NCBI GenBank assembly: GCA_964393935.1
Contig: CAYMXF010000007.1
Span: forward strand, 1 to 27,314
From: an uncultured Planctomycetaceae bacterium
GTDB taxonomy: Bacteria > Planctomycetota > Phycisphaerae > UBA1845 > UTPLA1
Direction: 5' to 3'
Length of the DNA: 27,314 nt
The translations under genes and the position numbers were made by a program. Shown here piece by piece: positions 9,206-18,299 of this stretch. The notes below the pieces were generated by a model. It saw only the letters and a list, made by a program, of their open reading frames with translations. It did not search any database and had not been told where the DNA came from. The number at the start of each line of letters is the position of its first letter. Positions within the stretch are counted from its first letter, which is position 1.

Positions 9206-10573
9206 ATGACCGATCGTGCGACCGACGATGCCGACAGATCGATGGCGACCCCTTCCGGGAAGGTCAGGAAAATGTCCAAACCTGCCGATATTGACGACCC
9301 GCTTATCGACGACCTCTTCAAGGGCATTCCCGGCGGCGTGGCGCCGTTCCACCTGGACGACATCGGCCGCAAGGGATGGAATGTCCTGCGCGAGGATCTG
9401 CCGCTGCCACTCGCGGTGCTCAAGGCTTCCGCGCTTGATAACAACCAACGCTGGATGCGGGCGTTTCTCACGGCCGGCGGCGCGACGATCGCTCCGCACG
9501 GTAAAACATCGTTGAGCCCGCAGATCTTCCAACGCCAGCTCGACGGCGGCGCTTGGGCGATCACGGTGTCCACCGCCCACCATGTGCAGGTATGCCGGCG
9601 GTTTGGGATCAACCGCATCCTGATGGCCAATCAGTTGATCGGCCGACAGGCGATCCGTTACGTGCTCGATGAGTTGAGGCGCGCCGCGGAATTCGAATTC
9701 TTCTGCCTCGTGGATTCGTTGGAAGGAGTCGAAGCGCTCCGCAAAGCCGTCGCCGCGGCACCTATCGGACGCCCGATTCATCTCCTGTTGGAGGGTGGGG
9801 TGAAAGGTTCGCGAGCCGGATGCCGCGAACTCGACAGCGCTTTGGCAGTGGCCCGGGCGATCAAGGCCTGCGAACCTCATCTCGTGTTGTCCGGGGTCGA
9901 AGGTTACGAAGGGGTCATCTACGGCTCGGTCGCGGAGGACTGCGAAACCCGGGTCAGGGATTTCATGGATTTCTTGGTCAAGATCGCCGAAGCCTGCGCG
10001 CGGGAAAAGCTGTTCTCGGGTCAACCCGTCATTCTGAGCGGCGGGGGCTCGGCATACTACGACATCGTCGTCGACCGGCTCGCCAAGGCGAAGCTCGGTT
10101 GCGAGACGATGGTATTGACGCGCAGCGGCGGATACCTGTTTCACGATTCGGGCATGTATCGACGCCATTTCGCGCGCATGCAGGAGAGGTCCGCGAAGTT
10201 GAGGAAACTGGGCGGCAGTCTGCGCCCGGCGATCGAGGTCTGGAGTTACGTGCAGTCGTGTCCCGAGCCTGAGAGGGTCATTCTCGCCTTGGGCAAGCGC
10301 GATATCTCCTTCGACAACGACCTGCCGATGGTCGAGCTGTGGTACCGGCCGGGATTCCATAACCGGCCGCACCCCGTCTGCGCCGGTTGCCGTGCGGTCG
10401 AGATGCACACCCAGCACATCCATATGGATGCTCCTGTGGGCCATCCGTTCCGCGTCGGCGATATGGTCTCCCTCGGCATCTCGCAGCCCTGCACGACATT
10501 CGACAAGTGGCAGGTGATCCCGGTCGTTGACGACGACTACAATGTCATATCGGCGATCCGCACGTTCTTTTGA
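9206..10573 (+). CDS. Fold-type III PLP enzyme, D-serine dehydratase/amino-acid deaminase-like (COG3616-type)
   Basis: APHGKTS (PLP lysine), GAWAITVS, ILMANQ, SRAGCR, GVEGYEG, LSGGGSAYYD, RSGGYLFHD, ALGKRDISFD, QHIHM, GISQPCTTFDKW. Exact start uncertain (9206, 9242 or 9272). Confidence 0.82.
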   Translation: MTDRATDDADRSMATPSGKVRKMSKPADIDDPLIDDLFKGIPGGVAPFHLDDIGRKGWNVLREDLPLPLAVLKASALDNNQRWMRAFLTAGGATIAPHGKTSLSPQIFQRQLDGGAWAITVSTAHHVQVCRRFGINRILMANQLIGRQAIRYVLDELRRAAEFEFFCLVDSLEGVEALRKAVAAAPIGRPIHLLLEGGVKGSRAGCRELDSALAVARAIKACEPHLVLSGVEGYEGVIYGSVAEDCETRVRDFMDFLVKIAEACAREKLFSGQPVILSGGGSAYYDIVVDRLAKAKLGCETMVLTRSGGYLFHDSGMYRRHFARMQERSAKLRKLGGSLRPAIEVWSYVQSCPEPERVILALGKRDISFDNDLPMVELWYRPGFHNRPHPVCAGCRAVEMHTQHIHMDAPVGHPFRVGDMVSLGISQPCTTFDKWQVIPVVDDDYNVISAIRTFF

Positions 10574-10612
10574 GATCGGTTCCGGTTTTTGCGCGGACGC
10601 ACCGTCCGGGGA

Positions 10613-11479
10613 TCAACCGAAAATGATCAGCACGATCCCGCCGACTAGGACGAGCGACGCCAACAGCCGCCACACGAAAGCGCTCTCGCCCAACATCCAG
10701 CTGCCAAGCAGCACAGAGATCGGGAGCGAGGCTTGGCGAACGGCGGAAACGGCGGCCACGTTGCCGCCCAAAGTCAGAGCTTTCAACAGCAGATAGAACG
10801 ACGCATAACTGGTGGCGGCAGCCAAGAAGCACCGAACGGCAATCCGCGAAAAGTCGGCGGCGAACGAACCAAGCCGCATGCCGTCCGCCTTCGCTTGGCG
10901 CAACGCGACCATGCCGAGCAGCGGAAGTATCAAGACGACCGTCCAGAACAGCCGCACCTCGGGCGAAATAATCTTCATCAGCCGGGCATCGGTGAGCGAA
11001 TAAACGCAGGTTCCAAACATCGCCACGAACGCAAACAGCAAAACCCGCAGATTTTCAAGCGGGTGGACGTTACGCTGCCACTGGATCAGAAAGACGCCAA
11101 GGATTGTGACCGAAATGCCGAGTAGGAGCGAAACGCCATAGCTCTCCCCTAGAACGAGGAAATCGATCAAGACGATCCCGAAAGCGGTCGATCGAAGGAT
11201 CGGATAATAGATCGATAGATCCCCGTACCTGAGCGCGGCGACGGCGAAGACCCCGTACACCAGCTCGCCGCCGGCCGCGAGAAGCAGGAGTGGCCACGCT
11301 CGCCCCGGAATCAGAAAGGATGCATCGCCAAGCGACACGTGAAGACCAGCAAGAGCCGCCGTGAAGGCGAAAATCACGAAATAGGTGAATTCCGGGTTCC
11401 TGTCGCTCTTGACGACCAATTCGCGGAAGGGATGGAGCGCAGCCGATGCCAGGGCGCAGATCGCGACTTCGAAACCCAT
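10613..11479 (-). CDS. EamA/DMT membrane transporter, resembling the phosphonate-cluster-associated EamA clade
   Basis: Highly hydrophobic protein with two EamA-like halves; GDLSIYYPILRS, TCVYSLTD, VSAVRQASL..SVLLG.W.LGE. Confidence 0.82.
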   Translation of the reverse strand: MGFEVAICALASAALHPFRELVVKSDRNPEFTYFVIFAFTAALAGLHVSLGDASFLIPGRAWPLLLLAAGGELVYGVFAVAALRYGDLSIYYPILRSTAFGIVLIDFLVLGESYGVSLLLGISVTILGVFLIQWQRNVHPLENLRVLLFAFVAMFGTCVYSLTDARLMKIISPEVRLFWTVVLILPLLGMVALRQAKADGMRLGSFAADFSRIAVRCFLAAATSYASFYLLLKALTLGGNVAAVSAVRQASLPISVLLGSWMLGESAFVWRLLASLVLVGGIVLIIFG

Positions 11480-11554
11480 CCGGACTCCTCAATATCGGCT
11501 CGTGGCGTGAGATTCACCGGCAACGAAATGTGACAGCCCGGCGTCCGAGATACT

Positions 11555-12169
11555 TCACAAGAGCTGGAACGCGACATCCTTCGACGTGCGGTCTAGACCG
11601 TTGGTCAGCGACATGTCCTGCGGACAAGCGGACAAGACGACCACGACATTGTCCAGCTCCGCCCGCAGGAGCAGGTAGTCTCCTGGCCGCGAAAGCGGGG
11701 GCTGGATCTCCAGCCACCCTCCCGGGTTCTGGCCTCCGGTCACGACCACCCGCTCGAACATGTTAAATGGAGCCGGGATATACGGCGTCATGTAGCCGAG
11801 TTTGGCGAGCGCCGCCCTGAGATTGTCAGCGCAGTTGGCGTGATAACCCTTGTGGCCGAGCAGGCGGTAGCGGTCGACGTCGCAGGCGGCGTGGAGCGTG
11901 TCATGGACGCCCGGCGAGGTGTCCTCGATGACGGTCAGGATCGGCCGCCGCCGGTTGCTGTACAAGGCGTCGCCAATTCCTGGGAACAGCTTTTCGAGGC
12001 ACGAGCGAGTATGCTCCATAGAAGTGAATTCGCTCATGTCGTCGGCGTTGAAGGCCCAGGTATCGACGACCTGCTGACCGTGGGTGTTGATCACCTTGAT
12101 GTGCTGGCCTTTGGCAATGCGCACCGCCTTGCCGTGCCCGCCCGCAATCTTGATGGGTTCGATTGTCAT
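11555..12169 (-). CDS. DUF1989 (urea carboxylase-associated family) protein
   Basis: Likely start ATG 12169 (MTIEPIKIAGGHGKAV). INTHGQQVVDTWAF, LYSNRRRPILTVIEDT, HDTLHAACD, HANCADNL, PFNMF, SRPGDY, SACPQD. Confidence 0.9.
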   Translation of the reverse strand: MTIEPIKIAGGHGKAVRIAKGQHIKVINTHGQQVVDTWAFNADDMSEFTSMEHTRSCLEKLFPGIGDALYSNRRRPILTVIEDTSPGVHDTLHAACDVDRYRLLGHKGYHANCADNLRAALAKLGYMTPYIPAPFNMFERVVVTGGQNPGGWLEIQPPLSRPGDYLLLRAELDNVVVVLSACPQDMSLTNGLDRTSKDVAFQLL

Positions 12170-12426
12170 TGGCTCGCCCCTCTGCCTTATCGCTGTGATC
12201 TTATTCGCAACCCGTACGATCGCCACGATCATCCTCGCCTCGCTCGCCATTTCCGCCGGCCCGTTTTCGACCGGTGTACCGACCGCGGGCGCAACCTCCC
12301 GGCGATCGACCGTCCGATTTTCGGTTTCGCCTTTTCCGGCGCCGGTCGCGCGACCCGGACCACGAATTCGATCGTCATCCGCCCGTTCGCGTGTCACATC
12401 AAGAGAATCCTCAGAGAACCGCTCGG

Positions 12427-12466
12427 TTGACGATGCGATCGATTTGATCGTAATATCTTCAAAATC
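12427..12466 (+). promoter_or_regulatory. Putative sigma70-type promoter of the ABC transporter operon
   Basis: TTGACG (12427-12432), 16 nt spacer, CGTAAT, then TTCAAAAT, in an AT-rich patch about 95 nt upstream of the SBP gene. Confidence 0.5.
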
Positions 12467-12559
12467 AATCTAGAAGGAAGAGGGCACGCGCGCCCTCCGC
12501 GGCGACGGTTTCAAAGCTCCCAAGCGAATGACGGACACTATCCGAGGGAGGATCGAGCC

Positions 12560-13627
12560 ATGTTCCACAGCGTAACCTCTAAGGCAGGCCAATGTCTTGC
12601 CGCCTTCTTCTCCGTCGGCGCAATGGTCATGGGTTTTGCGTGGAATCCAGCGCCGGCCGGTGAATTGGTCGTCTACAGCACCATCGATCCCGACGAGGTG
12701 CCCCTCTACAAAGGAGCCTTCGAAAAGTCCAACCCGAGCATCACGCTCAACATCGTCCGCAGCTCGACCGGTACGACCACAGCCCGGATCTTGGCGGAAA
12801 AGGATAATCCGCGGCACGATGTCATCTTCCGCATGGCTAACACTAGCTTGATCGTTTTCGGCAAGGAAGGATTGCTCTATCCTTACGAGCCGAAGGGGCT
12901 CGCGAGGATCGATCCTGCGTTCAGGGACAAAGTCAACAATCCGCCGCTTTGGGTCGGGAGCAACGCGTATACGAACGCGATTTGCTACAACATCCCCGAG
13001 TCCAAGAAGCTTGGCCTGCCCCCGCCCAAAACCTGGGCGGACCTGATCAAGCCCGTCTACAAGGGCTATATCGTGGCGCCCAACCCGCAGGCCTCGGGCA
13101 CCGGATTCATCAACATCACCGCCTGGATCTTTCTGTGGGGCGAGGATAAGGCTTTCGAATACATGGACAAGCTGGACGAAAACATCAAGTTCTACATGAA
13201 TTCGGGGTCCGCGCCTTGCGTCAAGGCTGGTTCGGGCGAGGTGCCGATTGCCTTGTCCTGGGATTTCCGCGCCGCCAGGCTGATCGGCCAGGGCGCTCCC
13301 ATCGAACTCATCGTCCCGGAAGAAGGCCTAGGGTGGGACCTGGAAGGCTCCGCCATCATGAAGGTCGCGGAAAAGAATGACCGCCTTGCGGACGCGAAGA
13401 CATTCATGGATTGGACGATCTCCGAGGAAGCCCTGAAGGTGCATAACAAAAACTTCGCCATTATTGCGACGCCCGACAAGGTGGAGCCGGTGCCAAACCA
13501 TCCGTCATCTAAGGGCGACATGATGAAATACCTGCTCAAGTATGATTTCGTGTGGAACGCGGAAAACCGCAATCGGTTGATCGCCAAGTGGACCGCGCGC
13601 TACGAAGGCAAGGTCGAAAAGCCGTAA
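12560..13627 (+). CDS. phnS: ABC transporter substrate-binding protein, PhnS2-type (putative 2-aminoethylphosphonate binding)
   Basis: Signal-peptide-like N-terminus. VRSSTGTTTARILAEKDNP, PNPQASGTGF, SGSAPC, EGLGWDLEGSAI match the PhnS2/AfuA-like family as recalled. Confidence 0.82.
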   Translation: MFHSVTSKAGQCLAAFFSVGAMVMGFAWNPAPAGELVVYSTIDPDEVPLYKGAFEKSNPSITLNIVRSSTGTTTARILAEKDNPRHDVIFRMANTSLIVFGKEGLLYPYEPKGLARIDPAFRDKVNNPPLWVGSNAYTNAICYNIPESKKLGLPPPKTWADLIKPVYKGYIVAPNPQASGTGFINITAWIFLWGEDKAFEYMDKLDENIKFYMNSGSAPCVKAGSGEVPIALSWDFRAARLIGQGAPIELIVPEEGLGWDLEGSAIMKVAEKNDRLADAKTFMDWTISEEALKVHNKNFAIIATPDKVEPVPNHPSSKGDMMKYLLKYDFVWNAENRNRLIAKWTARYEGKVEKP

Positions 13628-13666
13628 TTTTACCGCCCCACACCCAATCTTCCGAACTCAATCAAC

Positions 13667-13700
13667 AATCGGCTACCCGCGAACGAGTAGCCGATTTTCT
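13667..13700 (+). terminator. Stem-loop with T tract after the SBP gene (intra-operon attenuator/stabiliser)
   Basis: AATCGGCTAC (13667-13676) pairs with GTAGCCGATT (13687-13696), followed by TTCT. Confidence 0.65.
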
Positions 13701-13749
13701 CTGGCCTGACGGCAGTGCCAACTTCGGCGCAAGCGGATAGGATGGCAGG

Positions 13750-14862
13750 ATGAACAATACTGCGCTATCGCCGAAGAGCGGGAAACGCAGACCGTACCTT
13801 AAGATCGAGAACCTCACCAAGAAGTTCGGCGACTTCATGGCACTGAATGGCGTTTCCCTCGACATCTACGAGGGCGAGTTCATTTGTTTCCTGGGCCCGT
13901 CCGGCTGCGGCAAGACAACCCTGCTACGAACCATTGCGGGGCTGGAGATCCGGACCTCCGGCCGCATCGAGCAGGCCGGCCGCGACATCTCGGTATTGCC
14001 GCCGGCGCAGCGGGATTTCGGGATCGTCTTCCAGTCCTATGCCCTCTTTCCTAACCTGACGGTGGTCGAGAACGTCGGCTATGGCCTCGATCGGCGCAAG
14101 ATTGGGAAGGCTGCGGCTGACGCCCGTGTCGACGAGTTGCTGCATCTCGTCGGCATGCCGGAGCAGGGCTCGAAGTATCCGGCGCAGCTTTCCGGCGGCC
14201 AGCAGCAACGAGTGGCGCTCGCCCGTGCACTCGCCATGTCGCCAGGCTTGCTCCTGCTGGACGAGCCGCTGAGCGCGCTCGACGCCAAGGTACGGGCACG
14301 GCTGCGTCACGAGATCAAGATGCTTCAGCATCGACTCGGTATTACGACCATCCACGTCACCCACGATCAGGAAGAAGCTCTGACCATGGCCGATCGCATC
14401 GTGGTGTTGAACGAGGGCGTCGTCCAACAGGTTGGAACACCGCTTGAGATCTATCGCCAACCCGTGGACCGGTTCGTCGCCACTTTCGTCGGAACCATGA
14501 ATTTTATGCCGGCGGTCGCAGGGGGCGGCGGCAAAGTGCGCTGCATCGGCATCGAGATCACCCCGGGGACATGCCCCGACGGCCTAGCCGAAGGCACGGC
14601 CGTGACCGCATGCGTGCGCCCGGAAGATATCCTCGCCCGCGGCGTCGACGCAGCCGCCACGAACGCCCTGGAAGTCACGGTCGTCGACCTCGAGTTCCTG
14701 GGCTTTTTCTTCCGTGCCGAACTTTCGCCGAAAGGTATGGATAACGTGGCGTTCAATGCTATTTTCTCGCCCAACCTCATGCGCGATTCTGACATCCAGG
14801 TCGGCCGCTCTATGACTGTCGCCTTCCGCGAGGAGCGGGTTCACGTCTTCAAAGACCTTTAA
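13750..14862 (+). CDS. phnT: ABC transporter ATP-binding protein, PhnT2-type
   Basis: GPSGCGKTT (Walker A), VFQSYALF (Q-loop), LSGGQQQRVALARA, LLLLDEP, HVTHDQEEA; TOBE-like C-terminus. Confidence 0.9.
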   Translation: MNNTALSPKSGKRRPYLKIENLTKKFGDFMALNGVSLDIYEGEFICFLGPSGCGKTTLLRTIAGLEIRTSGRIEQAGRDISVLPPAQRDFGIVFQSYALFPNLTVVENVGYGLDRRKIGKAAADARVDELLHLVGMPEQGSKYPAQLSGGQQQRVALARALAMSPGLLLLDEPLSALDAKVRARLRHEIKMLQHRLGITTIHVTHDQEEALTMADRIVVLNEGVVQQVGTPLEIYRQPVDRFVATFVGTMNFMPAVAGGGGKVRCIGIEITPGTCPDGLAEGTAVTACVRPEDILARGVDAAATNALEVTVVDLEFLGFFFRAELSPKGMDNVAFNAIFSPNLMRDSDIQVGRSMTVAFREERVHVFKDL

Positions 14863-14900
14863 CAGCGGTCGCCACGACTCGTGCACGATGGAGCCACCCT

Positions 14901-16589
14901 TTGGCGAAGCAAGCTACGACGGCCACACAGAATTTAGGCCGCGATGATTGGATTTTGCGCGGCGTCATAGTCTTGATCATTGCCGCGCTGTCGATCACGA
15001 TCCTGCTGCCGCTTTGTTTCTTCCTGGTGAAAAGCCTGCAGAACGCGAACCGCGAGTTCGTCGGGATCACCAACTATATCCGATATTTCAATTCCGCGAG
15101 GTTGGTCCGCTCTATCGGCAACAGCATGTTCGCCGGCAGCCTATCGACCGTGATTTCCGTCACGCTGGCGTTCGCTTATGCCTATGGTCTGACACACAGC
15201 TGTCTGCCGGGTAAGGGCTTCTTCCGGGTCATTGCTTTCTTTCCGATGTTTGCGCCGTCGCTGCTGCCGGCAATTTCGTTCGTCTATTTCTTCGGCACGC
15301 AGGGCGTCATCAGAGGCGCTCTGATGGGACACGAGATCTACGGTCCGATCGGAATCGTCATGGGCTTGGTGTTCTACACCTTCCCCCACGCTTTTATAAT
15401 CATCCTGATCGCACTTTCGCTCGCCGATGCGCGATTGTACGAGTCGTCGATTTCGCTACGCGCCTCCAAGTTTAAAACCTTCCACAAAGTGACCCTGCCC
15501 GGCGTGAAGTACGGCCTGATCAGCGCGGCATTCGTTTCCTTCTCGCTCGCGATCACCGACTTCGGCGTGCCCAAGGTCATCGGCGGCAAGTTCACTATGC
15601 TGGCAACCGACATCTATTCCAACGTAGTCGGCGTGCAAGATATGGAGACGGCCGCGGTGGTGGGCGTGGTACTGCTGGTTCCCGCCGCGGTCGCCTTCGT
15701 CTGCGACCGTATGATCCAGGGCAAGCAGATGGCGATGCTATCTGCGCGCGCGGTGCCCTACAGTCCGAAGCCAAGCCGATGGTTCGACCTAACGATGCTC
15801 GGGATTTGCAGCCTGATCGCGTTTCTGATCCTTAGCGTGCTGGTCATGGCTGCTTTTGCATCCCTGGTCCAGTTCTGGCCCTACAATCTCACCCTCACCC
15901 TCGCCAAATACGACTTCGCCGCGACCACCGACAGGGGGTGGGGCGCTTACCATGTCTCACTGTTGATGTCTGGCCACGTCGCAGTGTTCGGCACCGTGCT
16001 GATTTTCGGCGGCGCCTACCTGGTCGAGAAGTCACGCGCTTTCCCGATCGGCCGTTTGGCAATCCAGTTCTTGGCGATGATGCCGATGGCGGTGCCGGGC
16101 ATGGTGCTAGGATTAGCTTACATCTTCTTCTTCAACCATCCCAAGAACCCCCTCGGATTTCTCTATGGAACGTTGGCGATCCTGGTGATCGTCACCGTCA
16201 CCCATTTCTACACGGTCGGCCATCTGACGATGGTGACCGCCTTGAAGCAACTGGACAACGAGTTCGAATCCGTTTCAGCTTCTCTGAAGGTGCCGATTTA
16301 CAAGACCGTCTGGCGGGTCACGGTGCCGGTCTGCGTCCCGGCGATTCTTAACATTATGGTCTATTTATTCATCAACAGCATGACAACCGTTTCAGCCTTG
16401 GTCTTCCTTTATTTCCCCAACACCATGACAGCTTCGATCCTGATGCTTTTCCAGGATGACAACGGCAACTTGGGATCGGCGCTTGCTCTTGGCATGGTAA
16501 TTTTCCTCACCTCGGTGGGCGTGCGCTTCCTGTATTGGCTCCTCACGCTCGGCATCAGCCGCCGGACTCAGGCTTGGCGCGCGTCATGA
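14901..16589 (+). CDS. phnU: ABC transporter fused double permease, PhnU2-type
   Basis: TTG start with GGAG upstream. Two permease repeats; APSLLPAISFVYFFGTQG, DARLYESSISL, TDFGVPKVIGG, QLDNEFESVSASLK. Confidence 0.85.
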   Translation: MAKQATTATQNLGRDDWILRGVIVLIIAALSITILLPLCFFLVKSLQNANREFVGITNYIRYFNSARLVRSIGNSMFAGSLSTVISVTLAFAYAYGLTHSCLPGKGFFRVIAFFPMFAPSLLPAISFVYFFGTQGVIRGALMGHEIYGPIGIVMGLVFYTFPHAFIIILIALSLADARLYESSISLRASKFKTFHKVTLPGVKYGLISAAFVSFSLAITDFGVPKVIGGKFTMLATDIYSNVVGVQDMETAAVVGVVLLVPAAVAFVCDRMIQGKQMAMLSARAVPYSPKPSRWFDLTMLGICSLIAFLILSVLVMAAFASLVQFWPYNLTLTLAKYDFAATTDRGWGAYHVSLLMSGHVAVFGTVLIFGGAYLVEKSRAFPIGRLAIQFLAMMPMAVPGMVLGLAYIFFFNHPKNPLGFLYGTLAILVIVTVTHFYTVGHLTMVTALKQLDNEFESVSASLKVPIYKTVWRVTVPVCVPAILNIMVYLFINSMTTVSALVFLYFPNTMTASILMLFQDDNGNLGSALALGMVIFLTSVGVRFLYWLLTLGISRRTQAWRAS

Positions 16590-16674
16590 GGCATCCGCGC
16601 ACGAATGGCGCGATCGCGCTCGCACCTGGAAGGCCGCCCGCGTTGGCCCGGGTTAGTGACGTGTCGGCAGTTTG

Positions 16675-16710
16675 TTGACGCGGGACAAAATTTATCATAA
16701 ATATTCAAAA
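16675..16710 (+). promoter_or_regulatory. Putative promoter of the aldehyde dehydrogenase gene
   Basis: TTGACG (16675-16680) followed by AT-rich CATAAAT and TTCAAAAAT; layout resembles the 12427 site. Confidence 0.45.
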
Positions 16711-16802
16711 ATGCTCATTGCTCAGACGCGAGCCACGCGCCCCGGACGTCGTGGGAGCAAGATCGCCTGGGTGCCGCGTCCCAAGGATGGAGAATAACGC
16801 CA

Positions 16803-18242
16803 ATGGACCAGAAATCGCACGTGAAACTGGAACTGGAGCGCGATTTCAAGAATTTGATCGCGGGCAAGTGGGTCGATTCGGACAAGAAGATCGAGGTCCA
16901 CAACCCTTATACCAACGAGTTGGTCGGGACCGTCCCGCGGATGAACCTGGCGGAGGTCAAGCGCGCGATCGACGCCCTATACGCATACGAGCCGACCCTA
17001 ACCGCGCATCAACGTTCCGAGATCCTGAGGGCGACCGCGGCCGAGATCGCCTCACGCACCCAGGAGTTCGCGTACGGTATTTCGCTCGAATCGGGGATGT
17101 CGCTCAAGGACAGCACCAAGGAGGTCGGCCGCGGGGTCGGACTGCTGACCGTCGCCGCCGAGGAGGCCAAGCGCATCTACGGGGAGCAGCTGCCGAGCGA
17201 CGTCGATGCCACGGGCGCTGACAAGATCATCCTCGCCATCCGTTTTCCGGTTGGTTTGGTCAGCGCCATCGTTCCGTTCAACCGGCCAATGAACCAGGTG
17301 GTGGTCAAGGTCGCGCCAGCGATCGCATCAGGCAACAAGGTCATCGTCAAGCCGACCGAGCGGACCCCAATGTCAGCGATCCGCTTCGTGCAGGCTCTGC
17401 TGAAAAACGGCCTGCCGCCGGAGATGATCAGCGTCGTCACCGGCCGTTCGAGCGAGATCGGCAACGAGCTGGTTTCAAGCCCGAAAATCGACATGGTGAC
17501 CTTCACTGGCAGCACCGAAGTCGGCCGCAAGCTGACCACACTGGCCGGCATCAAGAAGCTGACCATGGAACTCGGCGGCAACGATCCCCTGATCGTGCTC
17601 GAGGACGCAGATCTCGACAAGGCGGTGAAGCTGGCCACGGCCGGCGCCTACAGCAATGCCGGCCAGGCCTGCCGCGGCATAAAGCGGATCCTGGTAGTGG
17701 AGCAAGTCGCCGACGCCTTCGCCGCGAAGCTGAAGGCGGCGACCGAGAAGATCAAGTGCGGCAACCCATTCGACCCCGAAACCGACGTCGGCACCGTGAT
17801 CGATGAAAAGGCGGCGATGGACATCGAGGCGGTGGTTAACAAGGCGGTCCAGGATGGTGCCAAGATTCTGTGCGGACACAAGCGCAAAGGGGCTCTCTAT
17901 CCGCCGACGGTGATCGACCACGTCGACCCGAAGTCGAAAATGGTGATCGACGAAACTTTCGGTCCGCTCGCGCCGATCATCCGTGTCAAGGACGTGAAAG
18001 AGGCCTGCGAAATCGCTAATTCGACGGAATTCGGCCTGCAGTCGGGCGTCGTCACCAACAATCTGGAAAACATCCGCTACTGCATCAAGAAGCTGAAGGT
18101 CGGGGCGGTCAACATCAACGAGGGGCCGCAGCACGACATGCCAAACATCCCTTTCGGAGGCGTCAAGCAGAGTGGAATCGGACGCGAGGGCATCCGCTAC
18201 GCCATTCAGGAAATGACTTACGTCAAGTGCATCGTTATGTAA
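16803..18242 (+). CDS. phnY: NAD-dependent aldehyde dehydrogenase of the phosphonoacetaldehyde dehydrogenase (PhnY) clade, with altered substrate-pocket residues
   Basis: ALDH motifs PFN, KPTE, FTGS, MELGGND, catalytic Cys290 (GQACRG), ETFGP, PFGG. PhnY-like N-terminus (IEV..PY....VGTVP, Y.PTLT..QRS.IL, LESG.S.KDS..EVGR). Confidence 0.72.
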   Translation: MDQKSHVKLELERDFKNLIAGKWVDSDKKIEVHNPYTNELVGTVPRMNLAEVKRAIDALYAYEPTLTAHQRSEILRATAAEIASRTQEFAYGISLESGMSLKDSTKEVGRGVGLLTVAAEEAKRIYGEQLPSDVDATGADKIILAIRFPVGLVSAIVPFNRPMNQVVVKVAPAIASGNKVIVKPTERTPMSAIRFVQALLKNGLPPEMISVVTGRSSEIGNELVSSPKIDMVTFTGSTEVGRKLTTLAGIKKLTMELGGNDPLIVLEDADLDKAVKLATAGAYSNAGQACRGIKRILVVEQVADAFAAKLKAATEKIKCGNPFDPETDVGTVIDEKAAMDIEAVVNKAVQDGAKILCGHKRKGALYPPTVIDHVDPKSKMVIDETFGPLAPIIRVKDVKEACEIANSTEFGLQSGVVTNNLENIRYCIKKLKVGAVNINEGPQHDMPNIPFGGVKQSGIGREGIRYAIQEMTYVKCIVM

Positions 18243-18299
18243 GCGGCGGCGCCGGCGCGCCCGCCTGTGATCCCGGTCCTCGGGCACGACGCCCGAAGC

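Noticed and set aside
9092-10444. 450-aa antisense ORF; likewise 19103..20287, 2374..3369, 3441..4379 and 17475..18287
   Set aside because: No family motifs; they overlap well-supported genes. Long shadow ORFs are expected at this GC content.
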